Source of the DNA: Vicugna vicugna
Taxonomy: Eukaryota
Reading direction: 5' to 3'
NCBI GenBank assembly: GCA_013265495.1
Contig: MU057733.1
Coordinates: forward strand, 186,001-250,000
DNA length: 64,000 bases
Shown here: piece by piece, positions 27,892 to 40,609 of the stretch
How positions within the stretch are numbered: the stretch's first letter is position 1
How the letters are laid out: each line of letters starts with the position of its first letter
The notes under the pieces: model-generated
The model's database searches: none
What the model was told of the DNA's origin: nothing
What the model saw: the letters and a program-made list of their open reading frames with translations, nothing else
Position numbers and translations under genes: made by a program

Positions 27892-28780
27892 AAATTTTTT
27901 TTCCAAGGAAGACATACAGATGACCAATAGTCACATTAAAGAATGGTTAACATCACTAATTATGAGATAAATGCAAATTAAAACCACAATGAGATATTAC
28001 CTCACACCTGTCAGAATGACTGTCATCAAAAAGATCATAAACAACAAATGTTGGTGAGGATGTAGAGAACAGGGAATCCTTGTACACTGTTGATGGAAAT
28101 GTAAATTGGTGCAGCCACTATAGAAAACAATATGGTGGTTTCTCAAAAAGCTAGAAATAGATCTACCATAAGATCCAGTAATTTGACTCCTTAGTATATA
28201 TTTGAAAAAAACAGAAACACTAACTTAAAGAGATACATGCATTCCAATGTTCATAGCGCTGTTATTTAAACTGCCAAGGTATGGAACCAATCTAAGTGTC
28301 CATCAGCAAATGAATGAATAAAGAAAACATGGTATATATATGCAATGGAATATTACTCAGCCATAAAAAAGAATGAAATTTTGCCATTTGCAACAACATG
28401 GATGGACTTGGAGGGTATCATGCTCAGTGAAATAAGTCAGACAAAGAAAGACAAAAACTGTATATCACTTATGTGGAATCTCAAAAATAAACTAACAAAT
28501 ATAACAAAGCAGAAACAGACTCACAGATTTAGATACAAACCATGTACTAGTGGTTACCAGTGGGGAGAAGGAAAAGAGGAGGGGCAAGATAGGGATAATG
28601 AATTGAGGTATATCTAATACGTATAAAATAATCTACAAGGATATATTGTAAAACACAGGAAATATAGTCAATATCTTATAATATTACCAATGTACTATAT
28701 CCTTTAAAAATTGTGAATGACTATATTGTAGAGCTGTAATTTATATAAGTAAATCAAGTAAATCTCGATTAGAAAAAAGA
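27892..28780 (+). mobile_element. Old L1 3' end; continuation of the piece at ~25822-25864 split by the GSE1 retrocopy
   Basis: AAAATGGGCTGAGGACTTGAATAAATATTTTTCC|AAGGAAGACATACAGATG is contiguous L1 sequence. ORF MEYYSAIKKNEILPFATTWMDLEG. Confidence 0.88.
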
Positions 28781-29569
28781 ATACAATCCACTTTAAGGAA
28801 AAAAAACAGTAAGATCACCCACTTATAGAGAAATAGTTAAATGAATTAATTTTTTTCCCTTATGGAGTCTTATGTTACTTATATGATCAAAATTTTATAA
28901 AATTTACAACAACAAAAACAACAAAAGCTCAGGGTTTATTCTTTCAATTCACATATGCATGCTAATTATCTTTTAAATAGTTTCTTTTAAACATTCTTTT
29001 CCTTTCAACAAATTTTCTTTCTCTCTGAAAATTTGAGGAAAAATATCAAATTGGCAATTTCTGAAAAAGAAGAGACAAAAGTATATGAAATACATCTTGG
29101 TTTCAAATTTTTTATAAATGCCATTCTGAAATTCTTCCTCCTTTATCAAACCTTCAACTATCATTCACTTTCTACAAATGGAAGAATCTATTTCTTCTTA
29201 TATAGAATCATCTATTTCTTCCTATGTAGACTTCCAACTGAAGTTTTCAGTATTTAGAAATGCTAAATATTTGATATCAAGCATCACTCCTAAAAACTAA
29301 AAAGCACCTGTGCCCTCCTAAAATAGGGTGACAATTTGATTTTTGCTGCAAGTGGTCAAATAAATTCCCCAGTCAGATCGGACTGTTTGAGAGACCATGA
29401 AATGGTACCAATAAAGTTTCTTTAATCTGTATGGCTCCTGATGGGTCCTCACTAATGCAAAGAGACAAAGGTTATTGAAGTTCTCTGACCTTATATTTAT
29501 GCATCTATTTATATTTTCTTAGGTGCTGCATTTTTTCAGAAAGCCTGAATTCCTTCCCATCTTGTCTGG

Positions 29570-29770
29570 TTGAGAGTATGGACTCTGGGGACAGGCTGTT
29601 GGAGTTCAGATTCCTGTTGTGCTGCTTACTAGCTGTGAGGCTTCCACAAGAGTGCCTCAGTTACCCCATCTGTAAAATGGGGGCAGTAATGGTAGTACCT
29701 CACTGGTTTTTGGTAGATTAGGTGAGTTACTATCTGTAAAGCACTTAGAGATTCACACTAAGAACGATTT
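29570..29770 (+). mobile_element. MIR SINE
   Basis: Core GCCTCAGTTACCCCATCTGTAAAATGGGG. Confidence 0.7.
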
Positions 29771-30829
29771 AAGTGTATTTTATTTTATTTACTACAGTAA
29801 TGTAGCAGTGCTAAATATCTGTAAAATTCCTAAAGCTTTTGTTGTAATTAAAAACTTTTACAACTGGAGTTAAGGAAACAGTATGAACACTCCAGCTTTA
29901 TCTAAGTCACAATTCCGAAGTGAAGAGATTGATACACACTGCACTGTGCAGGCACACAGGCTTTCACTGAAGAAGTTCAATTAATGAGCCAAAGCAAGAA
30001 GTATTTTTGGAAGTTCTTAAAAAGTTTTGCTTCTTTTTCTAAAGTATGTTTGCTTAATTAAAGGCATATTACTTTAAAACTTATGATGCCATCAAAGACT
30101 TATTTGTGTTGTAACATAAAAAACAACAATGGACAGGAGATATATACCATTTACGTTATCACCTAGCATCCTTTATAGTAGCCAGTATACAATGAAAAAC
30201 AAATTTTCAAATGAGTTTCAGCCCTATTATTTTAGAGTCTAATATCTTTATGTTTTTTTAAAATATATTGTATATGGATTACACTTATATCTGTTTTATT
30301 GAAAAATTATTCATAAATCATATAGATTTAAGTAGAAGGTACAACTTAACTTAAATTTTGTCTACTTTCTAGGAGGCAGTGTGGTGGGGATACTGAGTTC
30401 ACTTTGTGAATCTCTCTTACATGGGCTTCCTAGATTGATTCTCACCAAACCTGAAGCAAAAGTAGACAGTACAGATTACATTCTAAAGCAGGAATGTGGC
30501 TAGAGAACACTGAAGTGTTTGGTATGTCAGTTGTGTGAAGGCCTCCGACTTTATCTAAGAAACAATTATGAATATAAATAGTTACTTATGGGTGAAGATA
30601 TCTGACAGAGGTTTTCAGTCCTTTCTATAATAGAAAGAAAGCACACATGATAGCCTCAGTGGCTACAGTGACTGACAGGAGGAAATAGAATATTACTTGA
30701 CACTAAGTCATCATAAAAATTTGATTTAGTATGTCATAAGAGACTATTTGTTCTTTGGCAATACATACTTAATTCTCATAATTGTAGTGTGATCCTTTTT
30801 CCTAGATAATAAACTCAATTTTTTATATA

Positions 30830-30857
30830 TCATTCATTCATTCATTCATTCATTCAT
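30830..30857. repeat. (CATT)n microsatellite, probably an L2 tail
   Basis: Direct reading, followed by L2-like sequence. Confidence 0.85.
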
Positions 30858-32789
30858 ACAGCAAAAGTATATCCATCTCTTACTATGAAATAAGCAGTGT
30901 TCCAGGTGCTCAATTTACAAAATAGAATCCACCCTCTAAGATGCAAAGGCTCTGATATGTAAAACTCTAGGATTTTATAGCTCATGTGGAAGATGTAAAA
31001 ACAGGTGAAATACAACTTGGTAAGTACTATATAGTTATATGAAAGCCAGAGGATAGGGTAACTAAGTGTACATAAATTAAATAAGATCTCCTATCAAAGA
31101 AAGAAAGAGGGAAAGAAAGAACTTAAATACAACAATGAGAAGAACTTCTCTTTGAATAAAGAGTATCAACAATTTATTCATTTTTCTACCCCTCCAATTT
31201 TCATCAGTTTTCCTAATCATCCTGATAAAATATTGTAATTTTAGTAGGCTCAGTATTTAGTACTTACATTGTTATGATTATGTAAAGCTATTTACAGTCA
31301 AGACATGTAGTATTGTTATATAATTTTTCTTTGCCAATATAATTTTATCTTTTCCAGTGAGTTAATAATTGCTTTTTTCCCCCAGTATCCCATATATATG
31401 TTAGAAATTCAATCTTAATTATTCATACACAAGAGGTGTTTTATTAGTTCATTCTTCTTGAAAATTATTTCTTGGACTTTTGTCCTGAATATATACGATA
31501 GTACTTTACTGTTGTTATTCAGCTGTCATTCTGAGATTTCACCATGTCAGTTTCCCAGGGATTCTCCTTACTCTCCCCCATTTGGGTCTCATGTTACTTG
31601 GATCCATAGTTTTCCTCTGTATTGGTTTCCTATTTCAGAGAAACATATCTTTCATTGGTTCTCTGAGAAAAGTATATGAGTGGTACATGAAACATGTCTT
31701 CATTTCACTCTTTACTCGGTTGTTAGTCTTGACTCAGTACAGAACTGTGGGTTAGATACTTTCCTATGTGATTCTGAAACTTTCTCTATTGTTCCCCAGC
31801 TTCCAGTGTTGCTATTCAGAGGTCTGAGTTCATTCTGATCCTCATCCATTGTATGTGCTAGCATTCTGAAATTTTAATGATAGTGAGTCTTGTATCAATT
31901 TAAATCCATTTAGCCAGGTATTCAATGTCCTTTCATTCTGGAAAGTCATGCCCTTCAATTCTGAGTAATTAATATTTTTGAAGTTTTCCCTCTATTTTTT
32001 CTCTTATCTTTTTCTGAATCTCTTATTATTCATATGTTGAACTTCCTGGATTGGTCATCTTTTCTTTTTAATCCCTTCTATCTTATTTTCCATTTTTGTC
32101 TTCTTTCTCTTATTTCTGGAAATTTCTATGAGGTTCACTGCATTGTTTCTTGGTTTTCCTCACTGATTACATGGATTAATTCTCTTGATTAAAAGTTTGG
32201 TACAATTAATCTAACTGCTTTCTACCACTCAATTTTTTTTTATTGTCCTCATTTTCATTTTCTTTTCTCCTTTTTTTACTTATGACCTTTAGTTACCTTT
32301 TTTTTTAATGGGCAAAAGTAGATGCATGTATTAAATCTGACATCTCTTCCCCAAAGGCCTCATCTACTTTTTAAAGAAAAATTTATAACGATAAAGGGTA
32401 TTTTTATCCCAAACAATCAGGTAAAAAATTTGATTGATTAATCAAGAAAGTTAGCAGAAATAAGAAATCATAAGAAAGAGTATATATTTTAAACATATTC
32501 TTTTAAATTGACTTGTATGATTACATATTTATTAGCTAACTTACTGACTTTGGAACAATGCCTTTTTTTGAATATACATCCATTGATTTGAATTACATTG
32601 TTTTTCTTGCACAAACCATTATCAGAGTGTATCATATAAGAATAATACAAGATTTTTGTGTGTGTGTGTGATGCAGGTTTGTAAAGACTATTGTGAGACA
32701 GTCTGAAAGAAAATTCCAAATTTAGTAAATTCTCTTAATTATTTTACAGTTGTATCACCCAAATGGAATTCAACAATTTGAATTAGATA

Positions 32790-33050
32790 TGCACTCCTGT
32801 AGACTAAATCTCTCATGAACTGACTTAGTACCCTTATAAAAGGGACTCCAGAGAGCCCCCACACCCTTTCTGCTACATGAAGACACAGGAGAAGATTGCC
32901 ACCTATGAATCAGGAGGCTACTCTCCCCAGGCATTGAAACTGCTCTTGATCTTGAACTTCCCACTCTTCAAAACTTTGAGAAATAAATTCATGTTCTTGA
33001 TAAGCTACCTAGTCTGTGGTTTTTTTGCTACAGCTGCCCGAACTAGGACA
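32790..33050 (+). mobile_element. MLT1A-like LTR fragment
   Basis: CCCTTATAAAAGGGAC...TTGATCTTGAACTTCCC...AGAAATAAATT...CTACAGCTGCCCGAACTAGGACA. Confidence 0.7.
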
Positions 33051-33416
33051 TGTATTATTTTCAAGACTTTCTAAAATATTCAGCTTAGATTTGAAGAAAT
33101 ATTAAATATCTCTCTTCATTTAGTTTGCATAACATGTAACTAAACTTCATGTCTGCAATAACCAGTGCAACTAGGATGAACAATTTTGAAAATAACCACA
33201 GCTGGTATATAACTGGGCTGGTGGGAGAGGACGTTGGGGAAGGGGCTTGTTAAAATAGTTAATCTGGAGGTTTAGAATGAGGAGAGTCTAATTATAATGA
33301 GGATGTGCTAAAGGTAATTTGATTAGGAGGTTAGAGATGATGGTGTACAGCTCCAATGAGTGCAGAAGAATTGGAAAGGTGCTCAGTGAATAGGTTGTCA
33401 CTAGAAAAGAGAATTT

Positions 33417-34148
33417 CTGACTTAAGAGACTAATGCCAAAATTAAGAGACTAATTTCCAAAATATACAAATAGCTTATATACCTTAATATCAAATAAACA
33501 AGTAACCCAATCCAAAAATGGGCAGAAGACCTAAACAAGCAATTCTCTAATGAAAACATACAAATGGCCAATAGGCACATGAAAAAATGCTCAGCATCGC
33601 TAATTATCAGAGAAATGCAAATCAAAACTACAATGAGATACCACTTCATACTGGCCAGAATGATCATCATTGAAGTCTACAAACGATAGATGCTGGAAAG
33701 GGTGTGGAGAAAAGGGAATCTTCCTACACTGTTGGTGGGAGTGTAGATTGGGGTAGCCACTATGGAGGACAGTAGGGAGGTTTCTTAAAAAACTGAAAAT
33801 AGACTTACCACGTGATCCAGCAATCCTACTCCTGGGCATATATTCAGAGAAAAATAAAATTCAAACAGACATGTACCCCAATGTTCACAGCAGCACTGTT
33901 TATGATAGCCAAGACATGGAAACAACCCAAATGTCCATTAGCAGATGACTGGGTAAAGAAGATGTGGTACATATATACAATGGAACACTACTCAGCCATT
34001 AAAAAAGAATAAAATAATATCCTTTGCAGCTGAAGATTGTCATTCTAAGTGAAGTGGGCCAGAAAGAGAAAGAAAAATGCCATATGACATTATTTATATC
34101 AAGAATCTAAAAAATAATAAAAATAATAATGACACAAGTGAACTAATT
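33417..34148 (+). mobile_element. L1 ORF2 3' fragment lacking most of its own 3'UTR
   Basis: [22 protein letters not shown]...MEHYSAIK. L1 similarity stops at GACACAAGTGAACT. Confidence 0.85.
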
Positions 34149-36101
34149 ATTATTTTGATTTCTTGAATATGTGTAAGCATATTTGACTGTCCTTTATGAT
34201 TGGATTACCGCATTCTGTTGATTCTTATTTTGTGTTTGGCTTTATGCCTTTGATAACTATGCAAATTTAAAAAGCTGAGATCTAATCTGTTCTTAGAAAC
34301 AATAACTAGTACATATATGAAAACTAAAAAAAAGTGCAGTATACTGTATATATGTAAGTACATGCAATATAATGTGTATGTGCAGTTGAACTGTAATAAT
34401 TCTACATAATAAAACTGAAAAAGAAAAAAATAAATAAATAAAAGATTTTGACACCAAAAAAGATAAAATTTCCATCTTACAAGACTGTTGTGACAATGAG
34501 CAAGTGACAAGAGACCCAAGGAGTAGCAGCTACTATTGTGTTAATATTATTAATGACTTTAATTATTAATATTACTAATAAGATTTTAAATTAAAAAAAA
34601 CTCTCTGACTTAATAATGTGCAGTTGTGCCACTACTGGTCAGGTAAGACTGCTCTGCATGACATGAAAACTCTTATAAATGAAGGATAACTAAGTTCCAA
34701 TAACTTAGTCAAATCTAATTGTTTATCTGATTTATTTGTCAGATATGTACCAACTCCTTGTTTTATGACACAACAATTTTTCCATTTTACCTCAAATATT
34801 AGAATTAGGATTATTAATTTGAAAGGTTAAGGAAAGAGGGTATAGCTATGGATGCAAATGGTGTTCAGATTATTGTGTTTTAGCTAAATAATATTATCTG
34901 GAAACTTCAGTTCTAATTTTTTACTACATCTTGATTTTATAAAATAAATAGTTGAGTTATCAAATTTAATAAAGAGAATCAGCATTTATATTTGGATGAA
35001 ATTTTGAAAAATCAACAAAGTGAATAGGTAAATAGGCCCAATTTAATTTTGTAAGCTTTAAGAAAAGAAAAACTTTCAGATAATCATTTTGTAATTAAGA
35101 ACAGAGATCAAATTTTGTTGGCAATATAGTCTATATTCAGTTTAATTAGAAAGAAATGAAGAGGCTAAACTGAGAAAATACTGAAATTCATAAAGAGGAA
35201 AGAGAAACAGAGATAAGTAGAAAGATGACCAAAGAAGTAAAGGAGAAAGTAGAGTTGATGGCAACAAACACAAAGTAATGATGGTTGACCAGCTGGAGGA
35301 TGGGCCTGGACTCCCTAAGGTCTTAGACGGCCTGGAAAAGAGTGATCAGCTGTGGAAACTGTACATCATACATGGAAAAGCCTTAGAGAGGGTTTGATTT
35401 GATTCAGGAAAAGCTTCCTACCATCCTCCATCAACTAGACTTTAATGTCAGTGGTGGGCAGCAAACTCTCTTTGAGAAAGTACTTCTTTTTTCCTCTGCC
35501 TGAGTTAGGATTGTCTCTGGGACCATGTAGGTAATTCTGTGTTCATTGTGGACAGCTGGGATGGGCAGGGGTTCTTCAGAGACTAACATTTGGAGAACTG
35601 AAAAGGCTAAAGAAAGATGATAGTAGTTATATAACAAAGGATGAGAAGTAATTTAGAGGACAGAAGTGATCCTAGAAAAGAAAATAAAAATGGGAATTAT
35701 AACTGAGTAGACCTTTGCCATTGGTAAAAATCTGGGTCACTTATAGCTGTATTTTTCCAGTTGTGTTTTTATCTGTGGACTTAGAATAGCATAGTTGTCT
35801 AATAAATGTTTCATTATCTCAGGCTAACAATAGGTTTCATTCCAGAATACAATTGTCATATAACAAAACTTCAGTGTGTTGGAGAAAAAATCAATCAACA
35901 CAGTTTAAAGCTTTGCATGCCCTTTGTTTGTAGGGAGTCAGGCATAAATGAGCATTTGTCATTTGACTCTTCTAGTGCATTTCTAGTATATTGTGCCTTC
36001 AGCATGACACATCAGAAACTGGTGTTTATCTTTTATTACTGCCAGACCCCTCTGGAAAGAGCTCCACAGAATTCATCATCAGTGTTTGTGTCAGGTATAC
36101 A

Positions 36102-36107
36102 TATAAA
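36102..36107 (+). promoter_or_regulatory. TATA box of the LGSN promoter
   Basis: TATAAA(T) about 70 bp upstream of the LGSN ATG in non-repetitive sequence, implying a TSS near 36130. Confidence 0.65.
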
Positions 36108-36172
36108 TACATGTTGAACGCATTTGTTGGGGATATTGTGGTTTCCAAAGCCAACTTAAGTTAAAAAGTGAG

Positions 36173-36202
36173 ATGAATGATGAAGGGGACCTTCTGAAGG
36201 AG
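36173..36202 (+). CDS. LGSN: Lengsin coding exon 1 (MNDEGDLLKE)
   Basis: ATG at 36173, 10 codons resembling the lengsin N-terminus (human MNNEEDLLQE as recalled), then GAG|GTATGA donor in phase 0. TATA box 70 bp upstream. Confidence 0.9.
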
Positions 36203-36908
36203 GTATGAAGTTAATAATTAAAATGTTATTTACCAAAATACTGACAGCAAAGCTTTTTGTTATTCTATGTCAACTATTTGAGTGCCAGTATGAATAAGAG
36301 CAAACATGATGATACTTGTTTTAGGTCTGCATTGGGGAAGTTTGTGAAGACACTCTCTACTACACATGGAATTTATAAATGTAATACAAACTAAATTCCG
36401 TTTGAATGCTCATTTAATATAACATTATTAGGCACCAAGTTTGAAGCAGAAGTATGATCTAACAGTTTTTATGCCTGTTGTGGTTGTTATGGAGAGAACG
36501 GTCTTTGTTTTTCGCAGTTTTTGTTTCATGTTAACAAAAATTCTTTGAGGTTAAACTAAAGGTGAGAACCCATTTTCAAATTGTATTTGAAATGCACTTC
36601 ATTTTAAATAGTAATAGGCACTCATCTGCTCTAGGATATATTAAAACACGCAGTTGTCAATATGTAGCATTTCTCAGTTACTTCTTAATGTGTATGTACC
36701 CAACTTCTACTTCTTACTCTTACAGACCATCCTGAAAGTCTAGAATGTAGACTGGGAGGCATGCTGTGGTCAAGTCTGGGAGGACGTGGGTTTTCTTTAG
36801 ATGAAGTTTAGAAAATTGCAAGAAGCACGCCTACTGCGTGTAAAGCTCGGTGGTAGACCAATGCAGTGTTTGAAATAGTGGCAAATAGAGAACAAGCCTG
36901 ATCTCCAC

Positions 36909-36923
36909 TGCTCCCTCTAGTGG
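36909..36923 (-). promoter_or_regulatory. Candidate CTCF-binding motif in LGSN intron 1
   Basis: Minus strand reads CCACTAGAGGGAGCA, a close match to the CTCF core CCACYAGRKGGCRC. Confidence 0.4.
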
Positions 36924-37073
36924 AGAAGGAAGGTAAAAACCTAAGGCAGGATGGGGTCACTGCTATGCATGACTATAGGCAGTGTGCTTTTGGATTGAGA
37001 CAAATCCTTTCCACAATGAAATGGGGTTCCAGTACATGAAGTATGCACCAACTGAGGAGTAGCTGTGGCTTAT

Positions 37074-37325
37074 CAAGAACTTGTGGTTGCCAAGGGGGCG
37101 GAGGGTGGGAAGGGATAGACTGGGATTTCAAAGTCGTAGAATAGATAAACAAGATTATACTGTATAGCACAGGGAGATATATACAAGATCTTATGGTAGC
37201 TCATGGAGAAAAAAATGTGACAAGGAATATATATATGTTCAGGTATAACTGAAAAATTGTGCTCTACACTGGAATTTGATACAACATTGTAAAATGATTA
37301 TAAATCAATAAAAAAGTTTAAAAAA
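37074..37325 (+). mobile_element. Camelid-like L1 3' terminal fragment in LGSN intron 1
   Basis: GTGGTTGCCAAGGGG..GGGATAGACTGGGA...ACAACATTGTAAAATGATTATAAATCAATAAAAAA. Confidence 0.85.
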
Positions 37326-38869
37326 GTATCCCATTGTTGTCAAAGGCATCAAACAATAGACATGTTTGAGTAAGAGAACAAATTTATCTGAAAGTAAATT
37401 TGAAACTGCAAATGACGGATTAGAAAAAAAAGTTAGTATGCACATCATTAGCTTTTTGAAATTTCAATTTCTAACTATTTAACTTCTTCTTGGATTAGTT
37501 TTCACTACTCCTGAGCCCACGGTAGAAATGTGCTTTCCCCTCCACCTTCAACAGTGTTAGTTAAGGATTCCAGGTGACCCAGCTTTCTTGAACATCCTTA
37601 AGGCCAGGCTAGAAAATCCCCAATCTAGACCTAATGTTGATTGTTCACTCAGGAGTGTAGAAAACCCAACAACCTGATTTTAAAGTATACAATTTTCACA
37701 GCAAAAGACATACTTTGTCTTTTGGGGAAAAGTTCCTTGATAACTAAGATGAAACATTATATTTAATAGATGTAATAAAAGTAGGTTTTGGTTTCCACTT
37801 GACTCAACTCTTCACTGAATAACCTCCTTTGTGCTTTCCTGTATAGGGTCCCGTTCTCAGGAAGAGAAAGAATATGGGAGGAGCAAGGGAGATGGTGTGT
37901 GACATTCCTTTTCCAGTTAACTGATGTCTAGGAAAGGACAATGACTGTGTCCCATACCAGATACTCTTGTAATGACAGCAGCAGCAGCATGAGGTTAATT
38001 GCAAAAAACACAACAGCTAAACAAAGGCTTGATGGATTCAGAAAGGCAGATTGTGTATATGAGGACGGTCCCTAGGATGGCCATTCCCCAACCTGAACAA
38101 ATTCTTTGGAAGAATCTTCAGTAAAAATGAACTGCTTTTAATCTTAGATATGGTGTTTCCCTAAAGGATATTTTACTGATATTCCCTATTCAAAACAATG
38201 TCATGCATTCAGCCATGTGATGAACAGAAAAATGTACCAAAAATACATTCTTATTCCTCAAAAATAGACCCTATGGATGTACGTGACTGTGAAATTGAGG
38301 AAAACAGCAGTGTCTCCATTTATCAGAAGTAAAATCTATTTCTCAAGAACCTTGAGTGTGGTACTGAGTTGGGTGATAGGCCAGGTGAGTTGGGTCAGAT
38401 CTGTCCTCTGCTTCATAGGTGATTATTACTCAATACAGAAGACTTCCACACAGGTAGACACAAAAGGCTGATGGCTCCACATTTTAGGAGAAATGAATGC
38501 CAGCTGGGATGAGACCAGAGGCTCGCCCTGCCCTGCAGCCTCTCTGTGTGTGTATGTGCATCAGGGCAGCAAGTGCAGCGCTTGGGAGAGGCTGTGACTG
38601 ACCAAGGTTGTGCTCAAGGCCACAGGTTTTCCTGCCCCGACTTACCCTCCTTTCCCTGCTCTATGCTGCTATCTGGGCAACTTTATAAAGACTTCTTGAT
38701 TCTATTTTTATATTTTAACTGTGTTTTGTCTCCTAGGATTCCAAGTTTTATTTTCAGATTTCAAGGTTTTTACTTCATTTTATATTTCATATTTATTTTT
38801 ATTTACCTCAGATTACCTCCTTCCAGCTCACTGCGTGCCTCTCTCCATGCTAAAAATTAGGTTTGTGTT

Positions 38870-39110
38870 TCATGTGCTGTGGTTAATAAAGAGCACATTC
38901 CCTGAAGCCAGAATGTCTGTGCTTCAGTCTTGGCTCTACTATTTACTAGCTGTGTGACACGGGGCAAATTACTGGACTTCTCCGTGCTTCATTTGGACAT
39001 TAATAGTACCAAATGGAAGAGATTTTGCGAAGGGATGAAATGAGTTAATACATGTTAAGTGCTTGAATGGAGCTTACAACACAGTGAGCACTCATAAAGC
39101 AGGTGTTATC
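38870..39110 (+). mobile_element. MIR SINE
   Basis: GGCTCTACTATTTACTAGCTGTGTGAC..GGGCAAATTACT...AAATGAGTTAATACATG. Confidence 0.65.
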
Positions 39111-40085
39111 ATATATACCTTATTATATTGTAGACTGACTAGTAACATCTCCCCTAAGTTTTCATTTTTACAGCCTTGAAGAGCTTCACATTCACAAAGT
39201 AGTTTTTTCCTTTACGTGGTAGAATTTTATTTGCTGTTCTATGTGATAATGGTAACAATTGCATGTGGTATACATTTATAGAAATAAATACACATCTATC
39301 CATTTCTAGCCCACTAAGGCTTTCCTGAGGTATAGTGATAAGAACAATATTTAGTATTCTACTTACAGGGACATCGTAATTTTAAAAAGATGGAATGCCT
39401 TCTCCTGACATATTTAAAGTATTATTTTAGATAGAGGCTCAGCATTTTTATCTGCTGCAGCCTGTTAACTGATATCTTCACTGACAGTTCTATAATGTTC
39501 TTGGATCTTCTTTCAACAGTATTATAAGAATCCATTCATAAATATATATATAAAATAAACTAAATGTACATTTAAATTTTTTACAAGTCTTTTCTTACTA
39601 TTGAAGTATGTTTGTTGCTTTCCTGCTCATCCACAAAGCCTTCAAAAAGTACTTTGATTCTATCTACACAGATAAATATACTTTTAGGTGCAAACTCTTC
39701 ATTTCTCTGGAAAAATATGGAGAATTCTTTTTTAGTTTACATGTGAGAAAGCTAAGTAAGAATGGTATACAAGCACCATACCCAGGGAATTGACCAAACT
39801 TTTTGCTTTCTTTATTATTTCAGCTTCCTTTGTTATTTAGCTTCATGTTATGAAAATAACATGGTGTTAGAGCTTTGTACGATCATTTTTCCCCCTTCTC
39901 TGAAACTATTGGTGAGGCACAATTTTCTCATAGATAATGTTCTGTTGAAGATTTTGCATTAACTTCCCCCAAAGTTGAGATCTGCTCTGGGTTTGGTGTT
40001 GCTGTTGCTTATTTTGCCATCTTGTTGTGAATGGAAGCAAGGTCTCTTCCCTTGGGGAACAGTCACATCATTTACATTGTGACAC

Positions 40086-40609
40086 TTTACCGAGCCCAAA
40101 CTCATTCTGCTCACCGAAGGACAGGCCAATAAATCGGGAGATGAGGTGTTAGGGCAAGGAATAGTGACTTTATTTAGAAAGCCCGGCAGACCGAGAGGAT
40201 GGCAGACTAATGTCTTGCATAACCACCCTACTCCAGTCAGAATACAGGCTCCTTTTTATACAGAAAAACACGGATCGGGTGTGGCTGGCTTTTGCAAACT
40301 TCTTGCTGCAGGAGGTCTTTGTTGCTGAAGCTGTCCATGTGGCCCAGGTCAGGTGTCCCTGTAAACCTCCAACAAAACAAAGGTTATTCTCTGTTTTGCA
40401 ACTTGCCATCTCTGCATAAGTGCAGAAGTGTTGACATCCTTAAAGGTCAGAGCCCCAAGAATAGGATCTCCTGTATATTTCAGGCTAAAGGCAACATTGT
40501 TTCACAGAGGGTGCAGAGCTGGCAAGACTGAGCCTAAAAAACAGGGCACAGTGGTTAAAACTAAAGGAACAGATCCAATGTGGGGTCAGGTTTCTTCTCC
40601 TCTATTACA
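40086..40609 (-). mobile_element. ERV solo LTR in LGSN intron 1
   Basis: (G)TTACCGAG... start, ...TTACA end, near-TSD ACAC/GCAC, reverse polyA signal TTTATT near 40168, relatively GC-rich. Confidence 0.6.

Noticed and set aside
35994..36004. Half-MARE (TCAGCA) in the LGSN proximal promoter
   Set aside because: Only a 6-bp match without the AT-rich flank; expected by chance.
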